34,652 bases of DNA from Chiloscyllium plagiosum (GCF_004010195.1 NC_057719.1:42771024-42805675); one strand, 5' to 3'; positions 22,005 through 33,533 are shown, counted from the stretch's first letter. Program-made: numbers and translations. Notes: generated from the sequence alone by a model not told the origin.

Positions 22005-22829
22005 ATGGTTCACACTGCCACCACTGTGCAACAGTGGAGCACAGAGTAAATGTTGAAGGTATTATTTGGGGTCCTGATCAAGCAGGTTGCTTTGTCCAGG
22101 ATGATGTTGGGCATCTTGAGTATTGTTGGAGTTGCACTCATCCAGGCAAATTGTGAATATTCCATTAACCTCCTGATTTGTGCCTTGCACTTGGAGGGCA
22201 GGTTTTGAAAAGTTTAAAGGTAGCTTTGAGCAAAATGCATGAACTCTGACTTGCTCATAAAGCCATAGTATATACGAGGCTGATCCACTTCATTTTCTGG
22301 TCAGTGGCAACAGCGAGGATGTCAATAGAGAGAATTTCAGTGATAATAATATCATTGAATGTCAAGGCATGATGAATGGATTATCTGTTAGCGAGATGGC
22401 TATTACTGGCATTTGTGAGCTACGAATGTTACTTCCCAATTATCATTCCGAGCTGGGTATTTCAGTCGTGTTGCTTTTGGATAAGGAGGACTACTTCAGT
22501 AACTGAAGAGTCAAGAATGATGGTGGGCATTATGCAATCATCAAAGAATATGTTAATGTCTAACTTTGATGGAGGGAAGGTCATTGATGAAGTAGCTGAA
22601 GATCGTTGGGTAAAGGATACTACCCTAAGGAATTCTTGCAGAGATGTCCTGAAGTTGAGATGACTGACCTCTAACAACCACAACCATCTTCCTATTTGTC
22701 TGGTATTGCTCCAACGAGCAAAAAATTTTCCCCAATTTTTGTTGACTACAGTTTTTTTAGAGTTCTTTGATGTCACATTTGGTAGAATGTGGACTTGATG
22801 TGAAGGGAGTTATGTTCACTTCCCCTTTG
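22005..22829 (-). mobile_element. Old non-LTR retrotransposon RT fragment (continues at 27052-~27570)
   Basis: Minus strand VVVVRGQSSQLQDISARIP*GSILYPTIFSYFINDLPS...FFDDC (GVPQGS/FINDL/FADD equivalents); split by the CR1 insertion. Confidence 0.7.
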
Positions 22830-25800
22830 TCATAGAGTCATAGAATCTTAGAGATGTACAGCATGGAAACAGACCCTATGGTCCAACCCGTCCATGCTTA
22901 CCAGATATCCCAACCCAATCTAATCCCACCTGCCAGCACCCGGCCCATATCCCTCCAAACCCTTCCTATTCATATACCCATCCAAATGCCTCTTAAATGT
23001 TGCAATTGTACCAGCCTCCACCACTTCCTCTGGCAGCTCATTCCATACATGTACCACCCTCTGTTTGAAAACCTGCCCCGTAGGTCTCTTTTATATCTTT
23101 ACCCTCTCACCCTAAACCTATGCTCTCTAGTTCTGGACTCCCTGACCCCAGGGAAAAGACTTTGCCTATTTACCCTATCCATGCCCCTCATAATTTTGTA
23201 AACCTCTATAAGGTCACCTCTCAGCCTCCGACGCTCCAGGGAAAACAGCCCCAGCCTGTTCAGCCTCTCCCGATAGCTCAAATCCTCCAACCCTGGCAAC
23301 ATCCTTGGAAATCTTTTCTGAACCCTTTCAAGTTTCACAACATCTTTCCGATAGGTAGGAGGCTAGAATTGCACGCAATATTCCAACAGTAGCCTAACCT
23401 ATGTCCTGTACAGCCGCAACATGACCTCCCAACTCCTGTACTCAATACTCTGACCAATAAAGAAAAGCATATCAAACGCCTTCTTCACTATCCTATTTCC
23501 CTGTGACTCTACTTTCAAGGAGCTATGAACCTACACTCCAAGGTCTCTTTGTTCAGCAACACTCTCTATGACCTTACCACTAAGTATATAAGTCCTGCTA
23601 AGATTTGCTTTCCCAAAATGCAGCACCTCACATTTATCAGAATTATACTCCATCTGCCACTTCTCAGCCATTTGGCCCATCTGATCAAGATCCTGTTGTA
23701 ATCTGAGGTAACCCTCTTCGCTGTCCACTACAACTCCAATTTTGGTGTCATCTGCAAACTTACTAACTGTACCTCTTATGCTCGCATCCAAATCATTTAT
23801 GTAAATGACAAGAAGTAGAGACACTTGTGGCACTCCACTGGTCACAGGCCTCCAGTCTGAAAAACAACCCTCCACCACCACCCTCTGTCTTCTACCTTTG
23901 ACCCAGTTCTGGATCCAAATGGATAGTTCTCCCTGTATTCCGTGATATCTAATCTTGCTAATCAGTCTCCCATGGGGAACCTTGTCGAACGCCTTACTGA
24001 AGTCCATATATATCACATCTACCAGTCTGCCATCATCAATCCTCTTTGTTACTTCTTCACAAAACTCAATCAGGTTTGTGAGACATGATTTCCCACGCAC
24101 AAAACCATGTTGACTATCCCGAATCAGTTCTTGCCTTTCCAAATACATGTACATCCTGTCCCTCAGGATTCCCTCCAACAACTTGCCCACCACCGGCTCA
24201 CTGGTCTATAGTTCCCTGGCTTGTCCTTACCACCTTTCTTAAACAGTGGCACCATGTTTGCCAACCTCCAGTCTTCCGGCACCTCACCTGTGACTATCGA
24301 TGATACAAATATCTTAGCAAGTGGCCCAGCAATCACTTCTCTAGTTTACCACAGCGTTCTAGGGTACACCTGATAATTTCCTGGGGATTTATCCACTTTT
24401 ACGCGTTTCAAGACATCCAGCACTTCCTCCTCTGTAATATGGACATTTTGCAAGATGTCACCATCTATTTCCCTACAGTCTATATCTACCATATCCTTTT
24501 CCACAGTAAATACTGATGCAAAATACTCATTTAGTACCTCCCCCATTTTTGCAGCTTCACACAAAGGCCCCCTTTGAGGGGCCCTATTCTCTCCCCAGTT
24601 ACCGTTTTGTCCTTCATGTATTTGTAAAAACCCTTTGGATTCTCCTCAATTGCATTTGCCAAAGCTATCTCATGTCCACTTTTTGCCCTTCTAATTTCCC
24701 ACTTAAGTATACTCCTACTTCCTTTATACTCTTCTAAGGATTCACTCGATCTATCCTGTCTATACCTTACATATGCATCCTTCTTTTTCTTAACCAAACC
24801 CTCAATTTCTTTAGTCATCCAGCATTCCCTATACCTACCAGCCTTTCCTTTCACCCTGACAGGAATATACTTTCACTGGATTCTCGATATCTCATTTCTG
24901 AAGGCTTCCCATTTTCCAGCCGTCCCTTAACCTGTGAACATCTGCCCCCAATCAGCTTTTGAAAGTTCTTGCCTAATACTGCCAAAATTGGCCTTTCTCT
25001 AATTTAGAATTTCAACTTTTAGATCTGGTCTATCCTTTTCGATCACTATTTTAAAACTAATAGAATTATGGTCGCTGGCCCAGTGTGCTCTCCCACTGAC
25101 ACCTCAGTCACCTGCCCTGCCTTATTTCCCAAGAGTAAGTCAAGTTTTGCACCTTCTCTAGTAGGTACATCCACATACTGAATCAGAAAATTGTCTTGTA
25201 CACACTTAACAAATTCCTCTCCATCTAAACCCTTAACACTTTGGCAGTCCCAGTCTAGGTTTGGAAAGTTAAATCCCCTTACATAACCACCCTATTTTTC
25301 TTACAAATAGCTGAGATCTCCTTACAAGTTTGTTTCTCAATTTCCCTCTATTAGGAGGTCTATAATACAATCGCAATAAGGTTATCATCCTTTTCTTATT
25401 TCTCAGTTCCACCCAAATAACTTCCCTGGATGTATTTCAGGGAATATCCTTCCTCAGCACAGCTGTAATGCTATCCCTTATCAAAAATGCCAACCCCCTC
25501 CTCTCTTACCTCCCTTTCTATCCTTCCTGTAGCATTTGTATCCTGGAATTAAGCTGCCAGTCCTGCCCATCCCTGAGCCATGTTTCCGTAATTGTTATGA
25601 TATCCCAGTCCCATGTTCCTAACCGTGCCCTGAGTTCATCTGCCTTCCCTGTTAGGCCCCTTGCATTGAAATAAATGCAGTTTAATTTATTTGTCTTACC
25701 TTGTCCCTGTCTACCCTGACTGTTTGACTCTCTTCTGTTCTCAACTGTACCAATCTCAGATTGATCTCTTTCTCACTATCTTCCTGAATCCCACCCCCAC

Positions 25801-27051
25801 CCCCCCCCACCCCACCTTACTAGTTTAAATCCTCCCCCGCACCTCCTACAAATTTCCCTGCCAGTATATTCGTCCCCTTCCAATTTAGGTGCAATCCGTC
25901 CTTCTTGTGCAGGTCACTTCTACCCCAAAAGAGATTCCAATGATCCAAAAATGTGAATCCTCCCCCATACACCAGCTCCTCAGCCATGCATTCATCTGCT
26001 CTATCCTCCTACTCCTGCCCTCACTAGCTCGTAACACCGGGAGTCATCCAGATATTACTACTCTTGAGGACCTCCTTTTTAAATTTCTGCTTAGCTCTCT
26101 GTAATCTCCCTTCAGAATCTCAACCTTTTCCTTTCCTATGTCATTGGTTCCAATGTGGACAACGACCTCTTGCTGGCCCCTCTCCCCATGAGAACATTCT
26201 GTACCCTCTCTGAGACATCCTTGATCCTGGCACCAGGGATGCAACACACCATTCTGCTTTTTCTCTGCTGGCCACAGAAACGTCTGCCTGTACCTCGAAT
26301 TAGAGAATGCCCTAACATAATTGATCATTTGGAACCCGACGTACCACTTGTTGCATTTAGAGCCAGTCTCAATACCAGAAACTTGGCTATTCATGCTACG
26401 TTCCCCTGAGAATCCATCACCCCCTACATTTTCCAAAACAACATACCTGTTTGAAATGGGTACGTCCACAAAAGATTCCTGGACTAGCAGCCTACCTCTC
26501 TTACCTTTCCTGGAGTTAACCCATCCATGTGACTATATCTAAGACTTCCCCCCTTTCCTATAACTGCCATCCATCACATACTGTTGCTTCTAACTCTCTC
26601 TCCAACCGATCCATTCGATCTGATAAGATTCACAGCCAGCAACATTTATGGTAGATATAATCCCCAGCAACCCTTAAACTCTCTTTAATCTCCCTCATCT
26701 GACAAGAAGTACATATCACTCTATTAAAGGCCATTTTTGCTCCTTCACAATCTACAGACCCAGAAAATAACACCGTCTTATTCCTCTACAAACACTGCCC
26801 CAGGTTAAATTAATAGTTATTTTAAGTTTAATCAAGAGACATATCTACAAAAAAAAATCAAGAAAGAACCTACTCTACTCACTCCTACAGATTCCCTGTA
26901 GGCCACACTTAAAACAACGATTAACTTATCGGATTCTGTGCTGTGAACTTCACCCAACAGTTCCTCCAAAATCAGTTGTGAAATTCACTGTTTGTTAGTT
27001 TTCCCAGATGCACTCCGATGTCCAGTGATACACGAATTCAAACATCAAAGG
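22830..27051 (-). mobile_element. Near full-length CR1 LINE (5' UTR, ORF1 zinc-finger/esterase, ORF2 endonuclease-RT), inactivated
   Basis: ORF1 GHSLIRGTGRRFCG..SRMVCCIPGA, VHIGTNDI; ORF2 RT SQHGFVRGKSCLTNL, MDFSKAFDKVPH, KFADDTKI; CTATGACT tail at 22830; TSD CCTTTG at 22824-22829 and 27052-27057; frameshifts throughout. Confidence 0.95.
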
Positions 27052-27570
27052 CCTTTGGATCTTTTGTCTATGTTTGGATTAAGGCAGTAATAAGGTCAGA
27101 AACTAAGTGTAACCCAAACTGAGTGTCAGTGACCCAGGTTATTGTTGGAAGGCTGGATGGATCATCCACTTGAGGAGAGAGTGAGGACTGCAGATGCTGG
27201 AGATCAGAGCTGAAAATGTGTTGCTGGAAAAGCGCAGCAGTTCAGGCAGCATCCAGGGAACAGGAGAATCGACGTTTCGGGCATAAGCCCTTCATTCACT
27301 TGGCACTTCAAGCTGAAGATTGTTGCTTCGGCCTTACCTTTTGTACTGATGTGCAGGTCGCCTCCATCATTGTGAATGGGGATTTATGTGGATCCATCTG
27401 CTCCTATTATTGTTGAACTTTTCACCAGCATTCATGACTGGATGTGGCAGGACTGCAGAGCTTAGATCAATCTATTTATTGTGGGAAGGCTTACCTCTAT
27501 TTATCACTTGCTGCTTATGCTTCTTACTGCAAAAGTAGTCCAATTCTGCAGATTCACCAGATTGACACCT
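27052..27570 (-). mobile_element. Continuation of the old non-LTR element interrupted by CR1
   Basis: Minus strand LTSSKRSKEVNI-like junction across the TSD (LD....GEV...LDIK.AFD region); right boundary approximate. Confidence 0.5.
27173..27291 (-). mobile_element. Second ~120-bp Penelope-like-derived mini-element
   Basis: Reverse complement differs from 18999-19120 at only 4 positions; flanked by TCATCCACTTG/TCATTCACTTG (27162-27172, 27292-27302). Confidence 0.82.
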
Positions 27571-29031
27571 AATTTTAAACCCTAATCCGAGGCATAAGAC
27601 TTACCCTAAAATCATGCGACTGAATAAATCTCAGCAGTAGTGAGATTATCCCCTTACAATGCCCAGGATTTGGCCACCTAAGGGCCTTAATTTGTCCATG
27701 ATTGGAAGGGCCTGCCTCTACCTTTCCTGTCACTGGTAAAGTTGTGGTGGGACCATGGACAGAGCTGGTGTCATAGAATTGTTGAACACTTCTGGCCTGT
27801 AAATCTGCTCCAGGGAGCGATAAAATCCAGCCCACACTAATTCTACTTCCTGAGCCATCATCCAAGATCCTTTCTCATTTCTTTCCCTATTGCATCCTTT
27901 AATATCAGGGCCACTCCTCTTCCTTCTCCATTCTCACTATAATTTCTAAATAAAACAAAGAACAATGCAGTGCAGAACAAGCGCTTCACCCCTCCAAGCC
28001 AGTGTTGCCCTGGAATGTGCCCTGGAATATTTAATTTTCAATCTTAGACAATTTATAACTATGGGCTTGACTTTGGAGGGGGTTGGGGCATGTAAAATAC
28101 CTTCACATCCATTCCCATGCTTAGTCCCAAAATATAGAGGGTGGGAGGGAGTGGTATTTAAGAGGCTCCTTACTTACTGGAGGCCGGGGGATTTATGAGG
28201 CATCATTTGAGACTGGTAGTAGTTCTGACAGCACCCAGTATTGAGCTGTATGGGACTTTTGGAGTAGCAATTGGGGGGGGATTTCATAAATCATCCATTA
28301 CACATCTCCCTGTACCCCCCTCCCCCAACCACCCCCGAATGAACTCTCCCGCATGTCTCAAGTGGCCATTAGATCAAAACCATTTATCCCTCTTTATGCT
28401 GCAAGTCTATCTTGTTGTGAATGCTTTGAGCATTCAGAAACACAGTTTTAAATTATTTTCTACTAATGCTATTTCCATTGTCGATGCATTATTACCATTA
28501 AGACCTTTGTCCTTTACTGCTCCTCTGTGCATAACTTTATTCAAAATTCTCTACTGCTCTGTTGCTTCCACAGTTTTCTTTCAAATTCGACATTTCTCTT
28601 CACCTGAACCCTTCCTCTGCTCATTTTGGTCAGCATTTCCAACATGAAGCTTGGGTATATATTATTTTCAAAAGTTCAGTGCAACCAACATTCCCACTAA
28701 GCTGAATGACCACAATGCTAAGCTGCATTGAAGTCCAGTTTCAGATGTCACTAACAAACACAGATCACAGAGGTCTGTGCAGATGAAGATGAAGGGAATG
28801 TAGAGTATTACCCCACTTTGCTCTTACCTTTATTCCATTCAAAGCAAATTAATGAAGGTTTGGTCTAAGTAACACTTGAGTAATGTGCAGTAGTGATTGA
28901 CCAAACGACGAGAGAACAAGGTAAGAGAATGAAAAAGGAAGACAGAAAACCTAAGTCTCAGGTAGTTGTGTAGTTCTCTGTGTTCACCTGCTTGCTTTTA
29001 AAAGTATTTGGGTATTGTGATTCTTTTTCAG

Positions 29032-29183
29032 TGGAAAGGACCAATTGTTTTCCTATTACTCATGACTGTTTGCCTGGCGATCTTTGCACTTACGCAGTCA
29101 GTTCGCAAACTAATTGATGATTTACCAGGCAAAGAGAAAGCTTGGAAAGAGCTGCAAAGTACAACCTGTGATGATCCCTGTAG
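29032..29183 (+). CDS. PLD4: PLD3/PLD4-family exon encoding signal-anchor TM helix and stem (WKGPIVFLLLMTVCLAIFALTQSV...TCDDPCR)
   Basis: Acceptor TTCTTTTTCAG, donor AG|GTAAGA; 152 nt, open, ends in phase 2 matching the next exon; hydrophobic helix; CDDPC resembles the PLD3-family C.DPC motif. Confidence 0.88.
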
Positions 29184-29354
29184 GTAAGAGTATCCAATTA
29201 AAAGTCAACTATGAAATCAAAACAAAACCTGAAGAAAACTTAATTAAAATGAAGAACTGCAGATACTGAAATTCTGAAAGAGATGCTGCCAGATCTGTTG
29301 AATTCCTCCAGCAATTTCTCTTTGTGCTTCTAAACAAAATTCAGATTTTCCTTT

Positions 29355-29887
29355 CTAGTGCAGCCACACTTAGAATATTGTGTACAGTTCTCGTCGCCAT
29401 ATTTCAGGAAGGATGTGGAAACATTGGAAAAGGTGCAGAGGAGATTTACCAGGATGTTGCCTGGTCTTATGAGGAAAGGCTAAGAGACTTGGGTCTGTTC
29501 TCATTGGCAAGAAGAAGAATAAGAGGGAATTTGATAGAAACATACAAGATGATCGGAAGATTAGATAGGGTAGACAATGAAAGTCTTTGTCCTGGGATGA
29601 TGACGTCAGCTTGTACGAGGGGGCATAAGTACAAATTGAGGGATGATAGGTTTAAGACAGATGTCAGAGACAGGTTCTTTCCTCAGAGAGTGGTAAGGGA
29701 GTGGAATGCTCTACCTGCCAATGCAGTCAACTCAGCCACATTAGGGAGATTTAAACAATCCTTGGATAAGCACATGGATGATGATGGGATAGTGTAGGGG
29801 GACGAGCTGAGATTAGTTCACAGGTCGGTGCAACATCGAGGCCTGAAGGGCCTGTTCTGTGCTGTATTGTTCTATGTTCTATGTTCT
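29355..29887 (+). mobile_element. 5'-truncated CR1 3' end (TTCTATG-tail subfamily)
   Basis: SYEERLRDLGLFSLARRRIRGNLIETYKM...TRGHKYKL...FFPQRVVREWNALP; TTCTATG tail. Confidence 0.92.
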
Positions 29888-29889
29888 AA

Positions 29890-30045
29890 AAACAGAAATT
29901 GCTGGATAAACTCAGCAGGTCTGGAGAAAAAACACTTAACATTTTGAATCTGGTGACCCTTCTCCAGAACGGACTTAATGTTAACTCTGCTTTCTCTGCA
30001 CAGATGCTGCTAGGTCTGTTGAGTTCCTCCAGCAATTTCTCTTTG
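29890..30045. mobile_element. Inverted pair of decayed Penelope-like terminal fragments
   Basis: AGAAATTGCTGGA.AAACTCAGCAGGTCTGG and its reverse complement; minus-strand decayed motif CTGGAGA-A-GGGTC-ACCA-GATTC-AAAATGTT. Confidence 0.55.
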
Positions 30046-30209
30046 TGTTTCTAAAGAAAATTCAGCTTTTTCTATTATCATAAAAATTGCAGGATAAAAG
30101 GGACATTTAGCCTTTTCCATTTTCTCCTGTGTAGGCTCTTTAAGCAGTTCTAGCTACGCTAATACATCAGTTTCTGATCTCTCAGTTTTCTTGTGCAATT
30201 GAGTGAGAA

Positions 30210-30480
30210 TGTACAAATTAGGAGCAGGACTAATCCACTCGACCCCTTGAGCCTGCTCCGCCACTCAATAAAAATCATGACTGATCTGATTACGGCCTCA
30301 ATTCCTCTATATTCTGTCTGTCCCCTCTATTATTCTTGTCAATCAAAAATCTAACTCAGTCCTGGATGTACTCAATGTCTCAGACTCCACTGTTCTCTGT
30401 GGAAGAGAATTCTGCCCAATAATGACTCTCTGAGAGGATAAATCCTCTTCATCTCCAACTTAATTGGGAGACATCTTAAT
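30210..30480 (-). mobile_element. Old CR1 3' end
   Basis: Minus strand ...TCTCAGAGAGTCATT...GAATTCTCTTCCACAGAGAACAGTGGAG...TGGCGGAGCAGGCTCAAGGGG; resembles 2270-2490. Confidence 0.7.
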
Positions 30481-30685
30481 CTACTTACTTATCTTAAAGG
30501 TATCAATTTTCCTGGTCTCTTTCTATTCTATTACTGGACAAGATCAGTACACCTAATGCACACAAAGCTTTGGATGATTGTGGAGTCTCTGCCCATTAAA
30601 ATGGACCTGTCCAAGGAAAACGGGAATGCAAACGGGATCTGACCTGTTGCTGGGTTGGATATTGACACAATAATGTTGCGCCCAC

Positions 30686-30751
30686 TTCGGCGGGTCGGTG
30701 TGGACTTGTTGGGCTGAAGGGCCTGTTTCCACGCTGTAAGTAATCTAATCT
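30686..30751 (+). mobile_element. 3' tail fragment of HE1-like SINE or its partner CR1
   Basis: Near-identical to 12213-12278, including the TAAGTAATCTAATC tail. Confidence 0.85.
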
Positions 30752-30760
30752 TAAAAAAAA

Positions 30761-30950
30761 AGAGTGGTTCTGGAAAAGCACAGCAGATCAGGCAGCATCT
30801 GAGGAGCAGGAGAATCGACGTTTCAGGCTGAAGGACTTTTGCCTGAAACGCCGATTTTCCTGCTCCTTGGATGCTGCCTGACCTGCTGTGCTTTTCCAGC
30901 ACCACTCTAATCTTGACTCTAATCGCCAGCATCTGCAGTACCCACTTCAG
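30761..30950. mobile_element. Head-to-head Penelope-like terminal repeats (68-bp inverted arms 30761-30828 / 30841-30908)
   Basis: Same family as 18998-19122; arms are reverse complements with about 6 mismatches. Confidence 0.8.
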
Positions 30951-31694
30951 CCTACCTGAATATGGGAACACACTGTTTACTTGTACGTTGAGTTGGAATA
31001 TGCAAGCTAAAAAAGACAAATCATTGTGAATATCAGGATCACATAGATAAGACAGATGGAATGAACAGCACAATTAGAATTTAATGTCTGCTATGTTTCT
31101 GTTGTTTTACATACATTCTAAGATGAATATTCCTCAACAAACACAGTTGTCCACTGAGGAATAGTAAAGAAAAATTAAAGTAATCAGCTGGTGTTCTGGC
31201 AGTTGTCTTTCTCTTTCCATTTATTTGTATATTCATCTGTATAGGGGTGGCCTTTGACAGTATGCGCTGTCTCCACAGTTCCTCAGGCCAAAGAAGGACA
31301 GGTGTTAACTCTCAATTTCAGGCTTTGCTTTCTTTCAGGTATGTTGGAATTCATAGAGATCCAGAGCACAGCAAAAGGCCCTTTAGCCCATTGGGTCTGC
31401 ACCACTCAGTTGGAGCTTTCTGGCTATTCTCCAACAACAGTGCACAATCAGCCCGAAGGCTCCATTCTTGAAGATCTAACATTCAGTTGCAGGCCTCAGA
31501 GGACTAAAATATTCCTATTCTGCAAGTTAATTGGCCTGACAGAGGTGGGTTGAGGCTAGAGTTGCTCTCAGGCATTGTTAATGCTACTGGCATTTGTGGT
31601 CAAATGTTAGGCGACAGGAGATCCAGGTAAATGTAAATAGGTTAAAACTCTCCATAATGCAGACATCTAACAGAACGTTGCACTGTTCTTTCAG

Positions 31695-31878
31695 ATTTGT
31701 AGTTACAGAGAGCGTGCCAGATGGTGTACATTATGGTGAAAATGCTACAAAATATCAATCAACATATAACTCCTGGTTAAACCTAATCAATATAGCAAAT
31801 AGCAGTCTGGATATTGCCTCATTCTATTGGACTCTTACCGGCCATGATATTAATGTGACTGATCCCACCTCCAAGCCT
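31695..31878 (+). CDS. PLD4: PLD3/PLD4-family exon, start of luminal catalytic domain (FVVTESVPDG...SWLNLINIANSSLDIASFYWTLTGHDINVTDPTSKP)
   Basis: Acceptor TGTTCTTTCAG, donor CCT|GTAAGT; 184 nt; ES.P and SLDIASFYWTLT motifs are diagnostic of PLD3/PLD4; TG.DI.V.D is PLD4-like; N-glycosylation sequons NAT, NSS, NVT. Confidence 0.93.
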
Positions 31879-32229
31879 GTAAGTAAAACTGTTCTGATTT
31901 GACTTGTACTTAGCCCTGTTCTGTGTTTTGTGTCCTGTAGTCTGCTTTGAGCTCAATAACAATGTAATGTGGTGCGAGGATCAAAATAGAAAGACAGAAA
32001 GGAGAAGGCAGATAGCACTCAAAGTTAGCAAATCACACAATCCAAATGGAACATATGCTAGTTGCTGAAAGAGGTTAATGTGGAAACAATTTATCCTCTG
32101 ACCCCAATCCGTCAATCCTCCTTGGGATACTGCCAGAAGATTTTAAATATTCTTGTTCAAAATGAGCACACATTACACCCAGTAAATGCAGACTCTTCAG
32201 TCCAATGTCAAGGGTGGGGTGGGGGGATC

Positions 32230-33520
32230 TACTAGAGATATGTTCAAGACAATTTTCACTTGAAGAGGCATGGGTTAATCAGGGATACACAGTGTTTGGA
32301 ACAAGGCAGCCAGGTGGATCTCATAGAATATGAGTTCCCTGATTGGGGCTGTTAATCTTGTCCAATCAGGGAGCCCTGGCTGACAGGTATCAATACGCAT
32401 GTCAGAGGTTCTGTTCACTCTGAGAGCTGACTCTGAGGGAGCTGTATCAGTGTCATGGACTTTCCCTATACAAATGAAGGGTGACTAGGTGATGGGATAC
32501 CGGCCTCTGTAGAGTTATTTCAGGATAGTTAACATAGATTTGTTAAAGCCAAACATGGTTAAGTGCATGGCGTGAATAACAAAGTGGGTAGTTGCAGTCA
32601 CTGTTACATTTATGAATTTTCAAAAGGAATTTGATTAGGCACATCATAAAAGACTTACTCAGAAAATAGAAACATATGGCATTAAACAGATGATGGACTT
32701 TTAGGTTTGAAATTAGCTGAGTGATAGGAGCCAAAGATTCAGTTGTGAATGGATGTATTTCAAACTGAAAATAAGTAGGCAATGTGGTCCCCCAGCATTC
32801 TGCATTGGGACCATAGTATTTCCTGTTATGTATAGGTTTAGTGAGTGAAATGTTTAAATTTGAGAAGTTTGCAAAAGTTTGGCAATACAGTAAGTAGGGA
32901 GCAGGGGACCAGAGACTCAGGAAACATGGAAAAGTTCACAGACAAGTGGCAGATGCTATTTAACACAGCTACATGTGAGGTGAAGCACTTTGAAAGAAAA
33001 AGAACAGTGTAATCTGAACTGTACCACAAAGAGGGAAGCTTAAGGAAGGAATTGGGGGAGGTGCATACCAAAATCATTGAAGATGGATGGGCAGTTTGCA
33101 ACACAGCTAAAAAAAAGTATCAAATCGTAAGACGTCAAACTGAATATAAAACATAAGGATATCCATTATAGAGCTCTGAATACTGCTAAACTGGAGATGT
33201 CTTTACAAATCTGGCACCACATTTCAGGAGATTTGTTTTGTGTGTATATGTGTATGCCTGTCTCTGTGTGAGATTTTGATAAAGCAAGCATTTCTTCTGG
33301 TGAGTGAAGTGATAGTGTGGGAACATGTACTTGATATAATTGGCAAAAGAACTAAAGGAGAAAACAGCAGAATTTTGATCACACAGTTATTATTGTGGAA
33401 TGCACCACCTGAAGGTGTGGTTCAAATGAATTTTCATAGGAATTTTATAAAAACATTGACATTAAACATTGAAATCTGGAAAGTACTAATTTGAAAAGTC
33501 ATTAGAAAATAAAGCTGGAG
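32230..33520 (+). mobile_element. Very old, degraded CR1 ORF2 remnant
   Basis: HLKRHGLIRDS.H.FVK, NFQKEFD, VPQHSALGP, KWQMLFN...CEVKHF, IWHHIS, LWNAPP remnants; boundaries approximate. Confidence 0.65.
32288..32522. mobile_element. 235-bp insertion, possibly a solo LTR
   Basis: Interrupts old CR1 codons (IRD|S) with a 5-bp duplication GGATA (32283-32287, 32523-32527); ends in TTTCA; contains inverted CCAAT boxes. Confidence 0.5.
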
Positions 33521-33533
33521 TATGGAACTAAAT

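Noticed and set aside
27575..27833. Possible DNA-transposon end (TAAAATCCAGCCC)
   Set aside because: Only one candidate terminus; no matching inverted end or TSD nearby.
28195..28647. 150-aa ORF
   Set aside because: No recognisable motif, intronic position and low-complexity composition; probably chance.
28891..28961. Alternative upstream exon or start (ATG 28929, MKKEDRKPKSQ|GTAGTT; also donor AAG|GTAAGA at 28921)
   Set aside because: Needs a 70-nt intron with a weak donor. The acceptor at 28890 lacks a pyrimidine tract and is out of phase with exon 20622-20702, and the 28921 donor frame has a TGA eight codons upstream. Cannot be excluded as a minor isoform.
30531..31073. 180-aa minus-strand ORF
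   Set aside because: Reads through SINE and PLE inverted repeats; not a gene.
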